From an uncultured Gammaproteobacteria bacterium (GTDB lineage: Bacteria > Pseudomonadota > Gammaproteobacteria > Pseudomonadales > Pseudohongiellaceae), in contig CAXBOY010000005.1 of assembly GCA_963977405.1 (NCBI GenBank), positions 3,447 through 67,446 on the forward strand: DNA of 64,000 nt, written 5' to 3'. The translations under genes were made by a program, and so were the position numbers. Positions 21,759 through 32,241 of the stretch are shown here, piece by piece; the stretch's first letter is position 1; each line of letters begins with the position of its first letter. The notes beneath the pieces are model-generated. The model did no database searches. It saw only the letters and a program-made list of their open reading frames with translations, and was not told where the DNA came from.

Positions 21759-22463
21759 ATGAAGATTGCCGCAGTAGTCACCGATATCGAAGGCACGACC
21801 AGTAGTATAGGGTTCGTGCACGATGTCCTTTTCCCATACGCTTTGAAGCATATCGGCAATTTTGTCCGTGAGCATGGGGAAGAGCGTGATGTTATGCGCG
21901 TACTCGTACGCATAAGTGAAAACACTGGCATCGCACTGCATAGAATCGAAGATATCATTAAATTACTTCAGCAGTGGATTCGTGAGGACAGTAAAGATAC
22001 AGAGCTTAAAGCGCTCGAAGGCATGGTTTGGGAAAAGGGCTATAAACAAGGCATATTCCAGGCCCATGTCTATGAAGATGTGCCAGAGGTCTTACAACGC
22101 TGGCAGCAAGAGGAGCGTAATCTTTACGTCTATTCTTCTGGTTCTATAAAGTCTCAGCAATTGTTTTTTAGATTTTCAGAGTGTGGCGATATGCGTCTGC
22201 TTTTCTCTGGCTATTTTGATACAACTACTGGACCTAAGCGTGAGGTTAAATCCTTCATTAATCTGGCCGAGGCGATCGCCTTACCACCTGAGAAAATCAT
22301 GTTCATCTCTGATGTGAAAGAGGAACTCGATGCTGCGGCTTTTGCCGGGTTTCGAACGACTTGGGTGTTACGCCCAGAAGAGACCACTCTTGACCCTGTC
22401 AAACTTGCAAAGAAGTCAGAGCATTCTATCGTGACGAGCTTCGACCAGATTAAACTCGACTGA
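21759..22463 (+). CDS. mtnC: enolase-phosphatase E1 (acireductone synthase), methionine salvage
   Basis: MKIAAVVTDIEGTTSSIGFVHDVLFPYA is the HAD motif I region typical of MtnC. ATG 21759 is preferred over the upstream in-frame ATG at 21714. Confidence 0.83.
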   Translation: MKIAAVVTDIEGTTSSIGFVHDVLFPYALKHIGNFVREHGEERDVMRVLVRISENTGIALHRIEDIIKLLQQWIREDSKDTELKALEGMVWEKGYKQGIFQAHVYEDVPEVLQRWQQEERNLYVYSSGSIKSQQLFFRFSECGDMRLLFSGYFDTTTGPKREVKSFINLAEAIALPPEKIMFISDVKEELDAAAFAGFRTTWVLRPEETTLDPVKLAKKSEHSIVTSFDQIKLD

Positions 22464-22465
22464 GC

Positions 22466-22693
22466 TCAAGCACTCTCATTGGACAGCACTTGTTCTATCG
22501 CTGCGCATAATTTTACCAGAACAAATGCTTCGTAGTTCTCCACTGGGTCCACACTGTCGGAGAAAGCCTCTTTTAGCGTAGCCATTTGCTCAAGCAGTAT
22601 CGTCTTGGCATTCGCGCTTGGGCATGCTTCAAGTGTCTCAGCAACCTGTAGAGCATAATTCCAGAGATGCACTTGGTCAGTAGAGTCGCTCAT
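22466..22693 (-). CDS. hypothetical small acidic protein (75 aa)
   Basis: ORF only, with no motif I recognise. It fills the gap between mtnC and glpE. Confidence 0.35.
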   Translation of the reverse strand: MSDSTDQVHLWNYALQVAETLEACPSANAKTILLEQMATLKEAFSDSVDPVENYEAFVLVKLCAAIEQVLSNESA

Positions 22694-22884
22694 GCGCGTA
22701 ACTCCAAAACGACAGGAGCTATCGTGAAGTTGAGACGTGGAGAGCGGTTGTTGATCGTAAAGCGTTGCATGATTAAGGCCTTTGCGTTTGCGTGTGCGTA
22801 TTCGGTAGAGGGTGAAATCTTACTGCCTTTTCATAGTCTAATCCATTCGTGTATTGTGTGCTGTCAAAAAATGGGAGGTAAGGG

Positions 22885-23190
22885 ATGGGTTTTCAGAGGA
22901 TTAATGTACAGCAGGCGCGTGAGCTGATCGCTCAGAATGCGTTAGTGGTCGATATTCGCGATGCGCACTCGTTTGCGAATGGCGCGATTCCAGGTGCGTT
23001 GCAGCTGAATGGGGAAAATGTCGAGGAGTTTATTCGAAATAGCGACCAGAGCCAGCCTTTGGTGGTGTGCTGCTATCACGGTAACTCTAGTCAAGGGGCC
23101 GCACAGTTTTTCTCGGAACGCGGATTCGAACAGACTTTTAGTTTAGATGGTGGCTACGAGGCCTGGGCAGAATCCGACGAAGAGTTCTGA
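22885..23190 (+). CDS. glpE: thiosulfate sulfurtransferase (single-domain rhodanese)
   Basis: 101 aa. VVDIRD..SF..G and the active-site loop CYHGNSSQGAAQ followed by LDGGYEAW match E. coli GlpE. Confidence 0.85.
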   Translation: MGFQRINVQQARELIAQNALVVDIRDAHSFANGAIPGALQLNGENVEEFIRNSDQSQPLVVCCYHGNSSQGAAQFFSERGFEQTFSLDGGYEAWAESDEEF

Positions 23191-25403
23191 TAGAACTGGT
23201 AATTATTTTTGCCCTGATCCTTGGCTACATACATTGCCGTATCCGCATGTTGCAGTAGGCTGTCTTCGTCCGTGCCATCTTTGCCGTACACGCTTATTCC
23301 TATGCTGACCGTTATGTCGCAATGCACATCTTCAATGACAATACTTTCCTCGAAAACTGCCAATACGTTGCGAGCTATAGCCGCGATGACCTCTTGCTCG
23401 TTAACACCATTAATAATGATTACAAACTCATCGCCTCCTAAACGCGCGACAACGTCGGTAACGCGTAGCGGAATTTGTAAGCGCCTTGCAATCTCTTTGA
23501 GTAAGGCATCCCCCATATGATGGCCGTAGGTGTCATTGATGACTTTGAAGCGGTCTACATCGATAAAGAATAGGGCGAAAGTTCTATCTTTATAGCGCCG
23601 TGCGAGTCGCACATTACTCTCTAATAGCTCATTGAACTTACTACGGTTGGGTAGGTTGGTAAGATTATCATGGCTGGCTAGGTAGAGGATGTGATTAGAG
23701 ATGCGTCGGCGCTCAGAAACATCGCGAGAGATGCCGCGATAACCGCTAAAGGTATTCATCGAGTCGAACACTGGTTCGCCACTCATAGAGAGGTAGTAGA
23801 CAACGTCGTCGGCATTAGTAAAGCTGAACTCGATATCTTTGAACTGCCGATGCTCGAGTAGGGTCTCACGAAATTCGTCCCAACTTTGCGATGTGCAGAC
23901 GAGGTTCTCGAAACCCCAGAGGGTTCTTCCTTTGAGTGAGGCGACAGCGTTTAAGTTGCTTTCGCCCAATATTCGTCCTTCATAAGTCTTAATGCGAAAG
24001 GCATCGTCCATTTCCCAGAAAAAATCCGAGGATAAGTGGGTTAGGCTGCGAAAGCGTTCCTCGCTTTCTCGCAGCACCCGCTCAGCCTCTAGCCGTTGTT
24101 TCTCGTTACTGAAATTCTCGAGTGCGAAGGAGACGTTGTCTGCCATGCTCTGCAATAGCTCAACAATCTCGTCGTCGAAAGTCCCCACCTCGAATGAATA
24201 AAATAACAAGACTGCGACCGAATTTTCTCCACAAAGAAGAGGGAACGCTGCGGCACTCGCTACACCACCGGCTGCGCCTGTTTGGTGCCAAGCTGCAGTT
24301 CGAGCGTCAGCTAGGAAATCATTGCTGATGCATGCGTTTTGAGTATGGAACGCTGTGCCAATTATTCCGCGGCCTTCGGGTTTATCTTGTACGATTGGAA
24401 TCTTAATCTCGAGCAAGCGAGGGCTGTGATCGCCTGCAAAAGCTACGGGCTGAAGATGCTGTGTATTATTGATTGCGAAGATTGCCGCAACTGCAAATTT
24501 TCCGCCCTTTATCGCGGCATCACAAACGCTATAGTAGAGGCTTTCGATAGAGACGGCTCGCAAGCTGGCTGCATTGGTTTCGCTCAAAGAGGAATACATA
24601 CGGTGTAGTTTCTGTGCGGTTCTCTCCGATTTTTTGCGTCGGGTGACATTACGTGTCACGCCGATGATAATCCAATTACCATCGATGCTGCTGGCGCGGC
24701 TGTAGGTCTCGAGGAAGGCTTGCTCGCCTTTCGAGTCGATGAACTCTCGCTCGAATCGACTAGTGCCGCCTTCGATGATTAAGCGATCGTAACGCTTCTC
24801 GATTTCCTCTTGTGATTCTTGTGCCAATATCTCTTGTGGCGGTCTAGCCAGTAACTCCTCTTTGGTCATGTTGACGCTTTTATATGCGGTTTCATTCACA
24901 TCGATGAAGCGCATAGTCTTGCGGTCGACTAAGTATATCATGTCGCCAGACATATCCATTGCAGAGCGGAAACGGCGTAGGGAGATTTCCGTTTCTATTT
25001 GCTCGGATATGTCGCGAGCGAAGCAGTGATAGCCAATGAACACACCCTCGGCATCGAAGCGTGCTTTGCCGCTTATGCTGTAGTAAATAGGAGAGGGTTG
25101 TGACGTAACCCGGGAAGGAAGTTTGCAGACCAAATCCTTGAAATCATGCCTAAGTTTGCGATCAGTTAGATGCTGGCGCCAGCTCTGGCCGCGGCCTGTG
25201 ACTAGGCAACCGATATCCCAGAGTGTGGCTCCCTGCAATGCCGTTAATGGATTGAGTTCATCCTTAAGTGTTGGGCTACAGCGAAGTTCGATACACTGGA
25301 AATTCACTGACTCCTGCCAATAGAAATCCGCGCACAGGTCTATCAACGACCATATGTCTGAGTTCGTGTTGGAAAATCTATCGGCGGAACTTTCGTTCGT
25401 CAT
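23154..25403 (-). CDS. PAS/GAF/PAS sensor diguanylate cyclase (GGDEF)
   Basis: 749 aa. C-terminal GGDEF domain (RLGGDEF) with an RxxD I-site (RVTD) five residues upstream. The N-terminal two thirds have PAS-like and GAF-like segments. The start lies 2 nt after the argD stop. Confidence 0.85.
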   Translation of the reverse strand: MTNESSADRFSNTNSDIWSLIDLCADFYWQESVNFQCIELRCSPTLKDELNPLTALQGATLWDIGCLVTGRGQSWRQHLTDRKLRHDFKDLVCKLPSRVTSQPSPIYYSISGKARFDAEGVFIGYHCFARDISEQIETEISLRRFRSAMDMSGDMIYLVDRKTMRFIDVNETAYKSVNMTKEELLARPPQEILAQESQEEIEKRYDRLIIEGGTSRFEREFIDSKGEQAFLETYSRASSIDGNWIIIGVTRNVTRRKKSERTAQKLHRMYSSLSETNAASLRAVSIESLYYSVCDAAIKGGKFAVAAIFAINNTQHLQPVAFAGDHSPRLLEIKIPIVQDKPEGRGIIGTAFHTQNACISNDFLADARTAAWHQTGAAGGVASAAAFPLLCGENSVAVLLFYSFEVGTFDDEIVELLQSMADNVSFALENFSNEKQRLEAERVLRESEERFRSLTHLSSDFFWEMDDAFRIKTYEGRILGESNLNAVASLKGRTLWGFENLVCTSQSWDEFRETLLEHRQFKDIEFSFTNADDVVYYLSMSGEPVFDSMNTFSGYRGISRDVSERRRISNHILYLASHDNLTNLPNRSKFNELLESNVRLARRYKDRTFALFFIDVDRFKVINDTYGHHMGDALLKEIARRLQIPLRVTDVVARLGGDEFVIIINGVNEQEVIAAIARNVLAVFEESIVIEDVHCDITVSIGISVYGKDGTDEDSLLQHADTAMYVAKDQGKNNYQFYQNSSSDSAQAS

Positions 25404-25405
25404 GT

Positions 25406-26587
25406 TTAGGCACTTTTGTTCGATAGAGCCTCGCAGGCCCCATTGAGGGAGATTAAGGCTTCGTCGATTTCATCGCGTGTCATATTCAAGGGGGGTAGTA
25501 GGCGTATGGAATTTGAACCCGCTTTCACCGCAAGCAAGTGACGCTCCTTTAGCGCTTGAAGTAGGTCGGCGTTACTAACGACGCATTTAAGTCCGATCAT
25601 GTAACCCATGCCGGTTTGCTCCGCGAGCACGTCAGGGAAGCGTGTGATCAATGCTGCAAGTCCAGCACGCAGATAGGCCGCTGTTTCCATGGCGCCGCGC
25701 AGGAAACCAGGTGCAGTGATGACATCCAGCACTGCATTGCCGACTGCGGTTGCTAAAGGATTGCCGCCGAAAGTACTACCATGTGTTCCGGCCACCATCG
25801 GGGCCGAAACACGCTCGCTAACAAGACAGGCTCCGATCGGAAAACCGCCGCCTAGGCCTTTGGCGGAAGCAAGTAGATCTGGCGCTATGCCAGAAGCTTG
25901 GTAGGCGTATAGGAAACCCGAACGCCCGACGCCTGATTGCACTTCGTCGAACATCAGAAGGATGCCCATCTCGTCGCACAATTCACGCACTTGTAATAGA
26001 TAGTCGAATGGGGTGAGGCGAATGCCGCCTTCGCCTTGTATAGGTTCTAGAATTATGCCCGCAGTCTTCTCGGTAATCGCACCGCGTAGAGCGTGTATGT
26101 CGCCGAAAGGTACTTGGTCGAAACCTGGGTCGCCCGTGAGGAAGCCTTCGGTATGCAAAGGGTTAGCAGAGGCTGCGATTGGCGCAAGAGTTCGACCATG
26201 GAATGACTGTGATAAAGCAATGATGCGTACGCGCTCTGTGTCGCCGCGACTGTAATGGTAGCGTCGCATCATCTTGAAACCAGCCTCTACCGCTTCAGTA
26301 CCTGAATTGCTGAAGAATACGCGATCGGCGAAGGTGTGCTCGACCAAGCGTTTCGCGAGTCGTTCGGTTTGTGGAATACGGAATAGGTTAGAGCTATGCC
26401 AGATCTTTGTGGACTGCTCTTGCAGTGCGGCCACGAGATGGGGGTGGCAGTGACCAAGACAATTGACTGCGATCCCCATAGTGAGGTCGAGATAGCGCTC
26501 GCCCTCTGGGGTGAATAAATAGCAGCCCTGTCCGCGCTCGAACTCGAGTTCTGGGTTACCGTAGTTACTCATCAATGCGGAGCTCAT
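25406..26587 (-). CDS. argD: class-III PLP aminotransferase, acetylornithine aminotransferase-like
   Basis: 393 aa with SNSGTEAVE, FHGRT, DEVQSGVGRSG and SAKGLGGGFP (PLP-lysine region), typical of ArgD/AstC-type transaminases. The exact substrate cannot be determined from sequence alone. Confidence 0.78.
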   Translation of the reverse strand: MSSALMSNYGNPELEFERGQGCYLFTPEGERYLDLTMGIAVNCLGHCHPHLVAALQEQSTKIWHSSNLFRIPQTERLAKRLVEHTFADRVFFSNSGTEAVEAGFKMMRRYHYSRGDTERVRIIALSQSFHGRTLAPIAASANPLHTEGFLTGDPGFDQVPFGDIHALRGAITEKTAGIILEPIQGEGGIRLTPFDYLLQVRELCDEMGILLMFDEVQSGVGRSGFLYAYQASGIAPDLLASAKGLGGGFPIGACLVSERVSAPMVAGTHGSTFGGNPLATAVGNAVLDVITAPGFLRGAMETAAYLRAGLAALITRFPDVLAEQTGMGYMIGLKCVVSNADLLQALKERHLLAVKAGSNSIRLLPPLNMTRDEIDEALISLNGACEALSNKSA

Positions 26588-26827
26588 GGCGCTTCCTTCT
26601 TATCGGCTATAGCGAGACTTTTTACTTGTTCTTGGAGGAGGTTTCTGCTGCGTTTATAAGGCGTATACTGTCACAATCACTATTAGGAAAGACGGGCCGC
26701 CTACGGGTCAAAATGCAGTCGGAATAATGCCCTATTGACGGTCATCATTCAAGGCGCTGAGCGCTAGTGAAGGCACTTGCATGCGGCTTTGTACTGCCTA
26801 ATTTCTTTGCAACAGAGAGGTCTCAGA

Positions 26828-27469
26828 ATGATTTTCGGTAAACCCATGTCGATCCCTAGTGCTCAAGAAGCGTTGCCGGGAAGAGAGCAGGCAATTGCAG
26901 TGGCTGAGCAGCACTTTGTCAATGGCAATCCCCTCGTGCCGCCAATGCCCGAGGGTATACAAAGTGCCGTCTTCGCTCTTGGTTGCTTTTGGGGGGCAGA
27001 GCGAGTGTTCTGGCGACTCGATGGTGTGTTTAGCACCGCTGTCGGCTACGCCGGAGGCCACACGCCAAATCCCACGTACCAAGAGGTGTGCAGTGGCATG
27101 ACAGGTCACACAGAGGTCGTAATCGTATTCTTCGATCCTAGTAAAATTAGCTACGAGCGACTGTTAGAGGTGTTCTGGGAGTCACACGACCCAACTCAAG
27201 GTATGCGTCAGGGACATGACCGCGGCACACAGTATCGTTCGGCCATCTATGCCAGTGACTCGGCGCAATTACAATCAAGTCAGGCCAGTGCCGACGTCTT
27301 TCAGGCCCAGCTTAGTGCCGCTGGTCATGACCGAATCACAACGGAAATCAAAACCTTGGCGAAGTTTTACTATGCTGAGGAATACCATCAGCAGTATCTG
27401 GCCAAGAACCCTGATGGCTACTGTGGAATTGGGGGCTTGGGTTTGAAGTGTCAGCTAGCGCCAGCCTGA
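26828..27469 (+). CDS. msrA: peptide-methionine (S)-S-oxide reductase
   Basis: [14 protein letters not shown] (GCFWG active site), [23 protein letters not shown] and [11 protein letters not shown] 26828 is preferred to the upstream start at 26777. Confidence 0.9.
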   Translation: MIFGKPMSIPSAQEALPGREQAIAVAEQHFVNGNPLVPPMPEGIQSAVFALGCFWGAERVFWRLDGVFSTAVGYAGGHTPNPTYQEVCSGMTGHTEVVIVFFDPSKISYERLLEVFWESHDPTQGMRQGHDRGTQYRSAIYASDSAQLQSSQASADVFQAQLSAAGHDRITTEIKTLAKFYYAEEYHQQYLAKNPDGYCGIGGLGLKCQLAPA

Positions 27470-28599
27470 TCGTCACGGAAGAATTCGAGAATTTCGACCT
27501 CTTTCTCCATAGCGTCGTTGTAGCCGAGGTCGATCAAGCGACCGCAGTAGCTCTTTTCGAATAACAACAAGCTCAATACGGTGCTAGATCCCGCGTCGCG
27601 AATAAAAAGCTTTAGGGGGCGAGGGAGGTCATCGAAATACTCCGAGGCGATCTCATTCAAGTTTTCGCTTGGCGTAATATCTAGTAGTTGAATCGGTCGT
27701 ATGCGCAAGTCGCGATCCTTTTCCGCCTGCTCCTCCGATATCAAAGGCACCATCTTGTTGTAGCGGCGCAGTATCTCACTATCCATAGTCAGGGTGTCCA
27801 CGAAGGCGCTATTGAGGATGTGAGCCAGTATCTGGGTTAACGAAGGATGAAGAGGCTCCGAACCTTTAATTGGGCGCGGTACCTTACTGCTGACCCCTAC
27901 CGCGAGGATGCGATCAGCCCCCAATTGGATTGCGGGGCTTAGAGGTGCCAACTGACGAATCGCGCCATCGCCGAAAAACTCTCTGTTGATCTTAACTGCG
28001 GGAAACAGCGCCGGTATTGCAGAGGATGCCATCAGATGCTCTAAACCTAGCTTCGTGCGTATTCCCAGACGATGAGGATGTTCCCAGTTTTTGAGGCTGT
28101 CCAGACCCTCATAGAAGGACACCGATTCGCCGCTACTGTAGCCTGAGGCAGTGACTGCAAGCGCCTCAATGAAACCGGCCTGAATATTGCGCTCCACACG
28201 CTCGAACTTGATCACTTTGGACAGAAGAGTCTCTAGAGGCAGGTTATCGAGTAGCGAGGTAGGAGTGTCGCGGCGCCGATTACGCAAGAAGGAGAATACC
28301 CAATTGGAGGCGTTCCCAATGAGGCCGCTGGAGTCCATCTTGTAGACTTGCTCGCTGCTGATGTTCTTCCATACATATTCTAGCGCCCGCACCCCTGTGC
28401 GAAGGCGCTGCGCGTTGGTAGCGATGGAGGCGGCATTGAGCGCACCTGCGGAGACGCCAGTAATAATGGGGAATGGATTGGAGGATTGATGGGGTAGAAG
28501 GTTAGCGATGGCCCGTAACACCCCTACCTGATAGGACGCTCGCGCGCCACCTCCCGAGAGTACGAGAGCCTTTTTTGCCGGCTTGTTTTCACTCATCAT
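27451..28599 (-). CDS. patatin-like phospholipase
   Basis: 382 aa with oxyanion GGGARASY, the nucleophile elbow GVSAGA (GxSxG) and DGA (catalytic Asp). Appears monocistronic. Confidence 0.85.
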   Translation of the reverse strand: MMSENKPAKKALVLSGGGARASYQVGVLRAIANLLPHQSSNPFPIITGVSAGALNAASIATNAQRLRTGVRALEYVWKNISSEQVYKMDSSGLIGNASNWVFSFLRNRRRDTPTSLLDNLPLETLLSKVIKFERVERNIQAGFIEALAVTASGYSSGESVSFYEGLDSLKNWEHPHRLGIRTKLGLEHLMASSAIPALFPAVKINREFFGDGAIRQLAPLSPAIQLGADRILAVGVSSKVPRPIKGSEPLHPSLTQILAHILNSAFVDTLTMDSEILRRYNKMVPLISEEQAEKDRDLRIRPIQLLDITPSENLNEIASEYFDDLPRPLKLFIRDAGSSTVLSLLLFEKSYCGRLIDLGYNDAMEKEVEILEFFRDDQAGAS

Positions 28600-28782
28600 C
28601 CAAATATCCGTATGGGAGACAGCATAAGTTCATAAGCCAGCGATTTTAACCGTCTTGACGGCGTGTTTGCCATGTTTTAAGCGTAATTGAACAATATCCA
28701 TTGGGCTCAATGCACTATACTAAACGCCTCGCCGGGAGCGAGAGAACAGACCTTGATTACTAAAAGGAAGCGCAAGCGCCCT

Positions 28783-29709
28783 ATGAGCCATACAACAGTG
28801 GAAAAACTAGTGATCGCGATTTCTTCGCGCGCCTTGTTCGATCTAAGCGAAAGCCATAAGGTTTTTGAAGAACAAGGCCTTGAGGCGTATCAGCAATACC
28901 AGATTGCCCACGAGGACGAACCACTCGCCCCAGGCGACGCCTTCGGTCTCGTGAACAAATTGCTCAATCTCAATAAACTCATCAAGGCCTCACGCGTTGA
29001 GGTGATCCTCCTCTCTCGCAATAGCGCGGACACTGGGCTACGGGTTTTCAACTCGATCAGTCACTACGGCCTGAATATTACCCGTGCTGCGTTCTGCGGA
29101 GGCGATAGTCCTTATCGCTATATCTCCGCGTTTAACTGCCACCTCTTTCTTTCCACAGATGGAGGCGATGTGCGTTTGGCCCTCGAGCACGGGGTTGCCG
29201 CGGCAACAATTCTGCCCTCTAAGGTGAGTTCGAAGCAGGAGGGACAGCTGCGCTTCGCCTTCGATGGCGATGCCGTTCTGTTCTCTGACGAGGCCGAGCA
29301 GATCTACAAATCGAGTGGCCTTGAAGCCTTTACTGCCAGCGAGCTCTTGGCGGCTAATCAACCCCTGTCCGGTGGACCGTTCAAACACTTCTTGGCGGCG
29401 CTGCAGCAGTTGCAGATGGAGTTCGCGCCGGGAGAGGCGCCGATAAGGACTTGCTTGGTGACAGCACGCTCTGCGCCAACCCACGAGCGCGTGGTTAAGA
29501 CACTGCGGGCTTGGAATATCCGTATCGATGAATCCCTATTCCTTGGCGGCATGGATAAGGGCGACTTCCTGCGCGCCTATGACGCCGATGTTTTCTTCGA
29601 CGATCAGGAGGCTCACTGCGACTCAGCGCGCAATCATGTGGCAACCGGGCATGTGCCAAGCGGCGTTGCTAATCACAAGAAGGACAATAAAGTGCAAGGC
29701 CCAGCATGA
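28783..29709 (+). CDS. 5'-nucleotidase family protein (cN-IA-like, HAD-type)
   Basis: KLVIAISSRALFDLSESHKVFEEQGLEAYQQYQ, FAFDGDAVLFSDE and VTARSAP resemble the bacterial 5'-nucleotidase family as I recall it. ATG 28783 is preferred over the TTG/ATG-extended ORF starting at 28687. Confidence 0.62.
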   Translation: MSHTTVEKLVIAISSRALFDLSESHKVFEEQGLEAYQQYQIAHEDEPLAPGDAFGLVNKLLNLNKLIKASRVEVILLSRNSADTGLRVFNSISHYGLNITRAAFCGGDSPYRYISAFNCHLFLSTDGGDVRLALEHGVAAATILPSKVSSKQEGQLRFAFDGDAVLFSDEAEQIYKSSGLEAFTASELLAANQPLSGGPFKHFLAALQQLQMEFAPGEAPIRTCLVTARSAPTHERVVKTLRAWNIRIDESLFLGGMDKGDFLRAYDADVFFDDQEAHCDSARNHVATGHVPSGVANHKKDNKVQGPA

Positions 29710-29731
29710 CAGGGCACCACGGAGCGTCTTC

Positions 29732-30709
29732 ATGAAACTGCAGCAACTACGCTATGTGTGGGAAGTAGCCCGCCGCGGCATGAACGTCTCCGCGGCGGCG
29801 CAGAGTCTATATACCTCCCAACCAGGTATCAGCAAGCAGATCCTGCAGCTGGAGCAGGAGCTCGGGGTGCAGATATTCGTGCGCAGCGGCAAGCACCTCA
29901 CTGGATTGACTCCGGCAGGCGAGAAGATACTCGAGGCGGCGGGAGAGGTGTTGTTGCGGGTCGATAATATTAGGCAGATTGCGCAAGAATTCAGTTCCGA
30001 GGAGGCGGGCAGTCTCACCATCGCCACTACTCATACACAATCGCGTTATGTCCTGCCTGCGGTGATCAGTCGCTTCGTGGCACAATACCCCGCTGTATCC
30101 CTGCATATGCATCAGGGCACACCTTTGCAGATCGCCGAGATGGCGGCGCGTGGTGCGGCAGATTTCGCCATCGCAACAGAGGCGATGGAACTGGTGGGTG
30201 ACTTGGTGATGATGCCCTGTTACCGCTGGAACCGCGTGCTTCTGCTGCCCAAAGAACACCCACTATTGAAGGCCAAGCCAGTGAGCCTTGCCGATATTGC
30301 GCATTATCCGATCGTAACTTATGTGTCAGGCTTTACTGGGCGGGGTAAGTTAGACGAGGCCTTCAGGGCGGAGGATCTTGCGCCTCGGGTAGTAGTAACG
30401 GCGGCGGATGCGGATGTGATCAAGACCTATGTGAGGCTCGGGGTGGGCATTGGGATTGTCGCGAGTATGGCGTATGACGCGGCCAAGGACACCGATCTGG
30501 TGTCGCTAGACGTTAGCCATTTATTCGCCTACAGCACTACGCGTATTGGCTTTCGGCGTGGCGCCTTCCTTCGCCACTATATGACGGACTTCATGAAGAT
30601 GTTTGCGCCGCACCTGAGCCAAGAGTTAGTGGGACGCGTGCTAGAGAGCCACTCTCAGCACGAGGTGGATCAGCTCTTCGCCAAACTGCCAATTCCTGTC
30701 TTGCCCTAG
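29732..30709 (+). CDS. cysB: LysR-type transcriptional regulator CysB
   Basis: [45 protein letters not shown] is the CysB/Cbl helix-turn-helix N-terminus. 325 aa counted from ATG 29732. The 68 upstream in-frame codons overlap the preceding gene. Confidence 0.9.
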   Translation: MKLQQLRYVWEVARRGMNVSAAAQSLYTSQPGISKQILQLEQELGVQIFVRSGKHLTGLTPAGEKILEAAGEVLLRVDNIRQIAQEFSSEEAGSLTIATTHTQSRYVLPAVISRFVAQYPAVSLHMHQGTPLQIAEMAARGAADFAIATEAMELVGDLVMMPCYRWNRVLLLPKEHPLLKAKPVSLADIAHYPIVTYVSGFTGRGKLDEAFRAEDLAPRVVVTAADADVIKTYVRLGVGIGIVASMAYDAAKDTDLVSLDVSHLFAYSTTRIGFRRGAFLRHYMTDFMKMFAPHLSQELVGRVLESHSQHEVDQLFAKLPIPVLP

Positions 30710-31449
30710 CGGTCCGAGACTATTAACGCAGGCTTGTGGAGCCCACATTCCTTCGCTGTTGCCTCTTCCCACCACCAACGACCTTCGCGCTCATGTTGAT
30801 TAGGGCCAGTAGGACGTGTGCAGGGCTCGCAGCCGATGCTAACAAAACCATGATCGTGTAGGGGGTTATAGGGCACATCGAACATGCGGATATAGTCCCA
30901 GACCTGTTTGGAGGTCCAGTTCGCGAAGGGGTTAAACTTCAATAGAGGCTTGTCCTTTGTTGAGAACGCCGAGTCGACTTGAGCGACAGGCACATTGGCC
31001 CTGGTCGGACTCTGGTCACGTCGCTGCCCAGTGATCCAGGCATCCAAGCCCTGAAGATGTTTGCGCAGTGGCGCGATCTTGCGAATGCCGCAGCACTCCT
31101 CGTGGCCATCCTCGTAGAAACTGAACAGGCCTTTCTCGCGAGTGAGGTTTTCGAGTTGCTTCGCATCGGGGCTTAGGAATTCGATGTCGATCTTATATTC
31201 TTTGCGTATGCGATCCATGAAACGCAGCGTTTCCGGATGCAAACGACCTGTGTCGAGGCTAAAGACCTTGATGTCTTTTTTCAGTTTCCAGGCCATTACG
31301 ACCAATGCCACGTCTTCTGCGCCGCTGAATGAGATGGCGATATTCGAAACTTGGGCCAAGAGGTCTTTGAGGATCTCTTTGGGTTGCAGCTCTTGGTATT
31401 TGCTATTGAGAGTGGCGACTTCCTGGGCAGTGATCATGTTGTCCTTCAC
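30706..31449 (-). CDS. cysH: adenosine 5'-phosphosulfate / PAPS reductase (Fe-S type)
   Basis: 247 aa with Cys pairs CCGIRK and CEPCT and the C-terminal KECGLH motif, as in Pseudomonas-type assimilatory APS reductases. Adjacent to cysB. Confidence 0.9.
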   Translation of the reverse strand: MKDNMITAQEVATLNSKYQELQPKEILKDLLAQVSNIAISFSGAEDVALVVMAWKLKKDIKVFSLDTGRLHPETLRFMDRIRKEYKIDIEFLSPDAKQLENLTREKGLFSFYEDGHEECCGIRKIAPLRKHLQGLDAWITGQRRDQSPTRANVPVAQVDSAFSTKDKPLLKFNPFANWTSKQVWDYIRMFDVPYNPLHDHGFVSIGCEPCTRPTGPNQHEREGRWWWEEATAKECGLHKPALIVSDR

Positions 31450-31605
31450 TTCGATGGAACTGTGGCGGCGATGTCCGCGTTAGGTTTGCGTGGCATTCTC
31501 TATGATTTGGCGCCGTGGGTAAACAGCGCGTTACCTTGCATAGCCCGTGGGATGTGGGTACATTTACGCGTTTTGACTTTAAGCCTTTGGCAAAGGGGAA
31601 TCGCG

Positions 31606-32223
31606 TTGGAAGTTGTCTGTCTTGATCTTGAAGGTGTGTTGGTTCCAGAAATCTGGATTGGGTTCGCTGAACGTACGGGTATCGATGAGCTGCGGGCAAC
31701 AACACGCGACATTCCCGACTACGATGTATTGATGCGCCAACGTCTGCGTATTCTAAACGAGCATAAGTTGGGTTTGCCCGACATTCAGGCCGTAATCGCC
31801 GAGATGAGCCCCATGCCCGGTGCGCCCGAGTTTGTGAACTGGCTGCGCGAGCGCTTCCAAGTGGTAATCCTCTCGGATACCTTCTACGAATTCTCACAGC
31901 CCTTAATGCGTCAGCTGGGCTTTCCAACCTTGTTTTGCCATCGCCTAATTGCAGATGAGACTGGTAAGGTCACGGACTATAAGCTGCGCCAAAAGGATCC
32001 TAAGCGTCAATGTGTAAAGGCCTTCCACGCCTTGAACTACACAGTCATGGCCGCCGGTGATTCCTATAACGACACCACGATGCTGTCTGAAGCTGATTTG
32101 GGCGTGTTGTTCCGCGCGCCACAGAACGTGATCGACGAGTTCCCTCAGTTTGCCTCTGTCACCGAGTATGAGCAGCTACAGCAGGCTTTTGCGAAGTTCA
32201 GTCCACGTATTATTGCGGACTAA
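31606..32223 (+). CDS. thrH: phosphoserine phosphatase / homoserine phosphotransferase ThrH
   Basis: LEVVCLDLEGVLVPEIWIGFAERTGIDELRATTRDIPDYDVLMRQRLRIL, FQVVILSDTFYEFSQPLMRQLGFPTL and AAGDSYNDTTMLSEA are near-collinear with P. aeruginosa ThrH (from memory). The only start giving the homologous N-terminus is TTG 31606, which sits 6-7 nt after AAAGGGGA. Confidence 0.85.
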   Translation: MEVVCLDLEGVLVPEIWIGFAERTGIDELRATTRDIPDYDVLMRQRLRILNEHKLGLPDIQAVIAEMSPMPGAPEFVNWLRERFQVVILSDTFYEFSQPLMRQLGFPTLFCHRLIADETGKVTDYKLRQKDPKRQCVKAFHALNYTVMAAGDSYNDTTMLSEADLGVLFRAPQNVIDEFPQFASVTEYEQLQQAFAKFSPRIIAD

Positions 32224-32241
32224 TGTAACATTAAGTAAGCA

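Noticed and set aside
27451-28599. Patatin-like phospholipase as a CBASS/defence effector
   Set aside because: No cyclase, nucleotidyltransferase, E1/E2-like or other defence partner is adjacent. It is flanked by msrA and a nucleotidase, so a housekeeping lipase is more likely.
29528-29731. N-terminal 68-codon extension of cysB
   Set aside because: It overlaps the preceding 5'-nucleotidase gene in another frame. The CysB helix-turn-helix homology starts at MKLQQLRY (ATG 29732).
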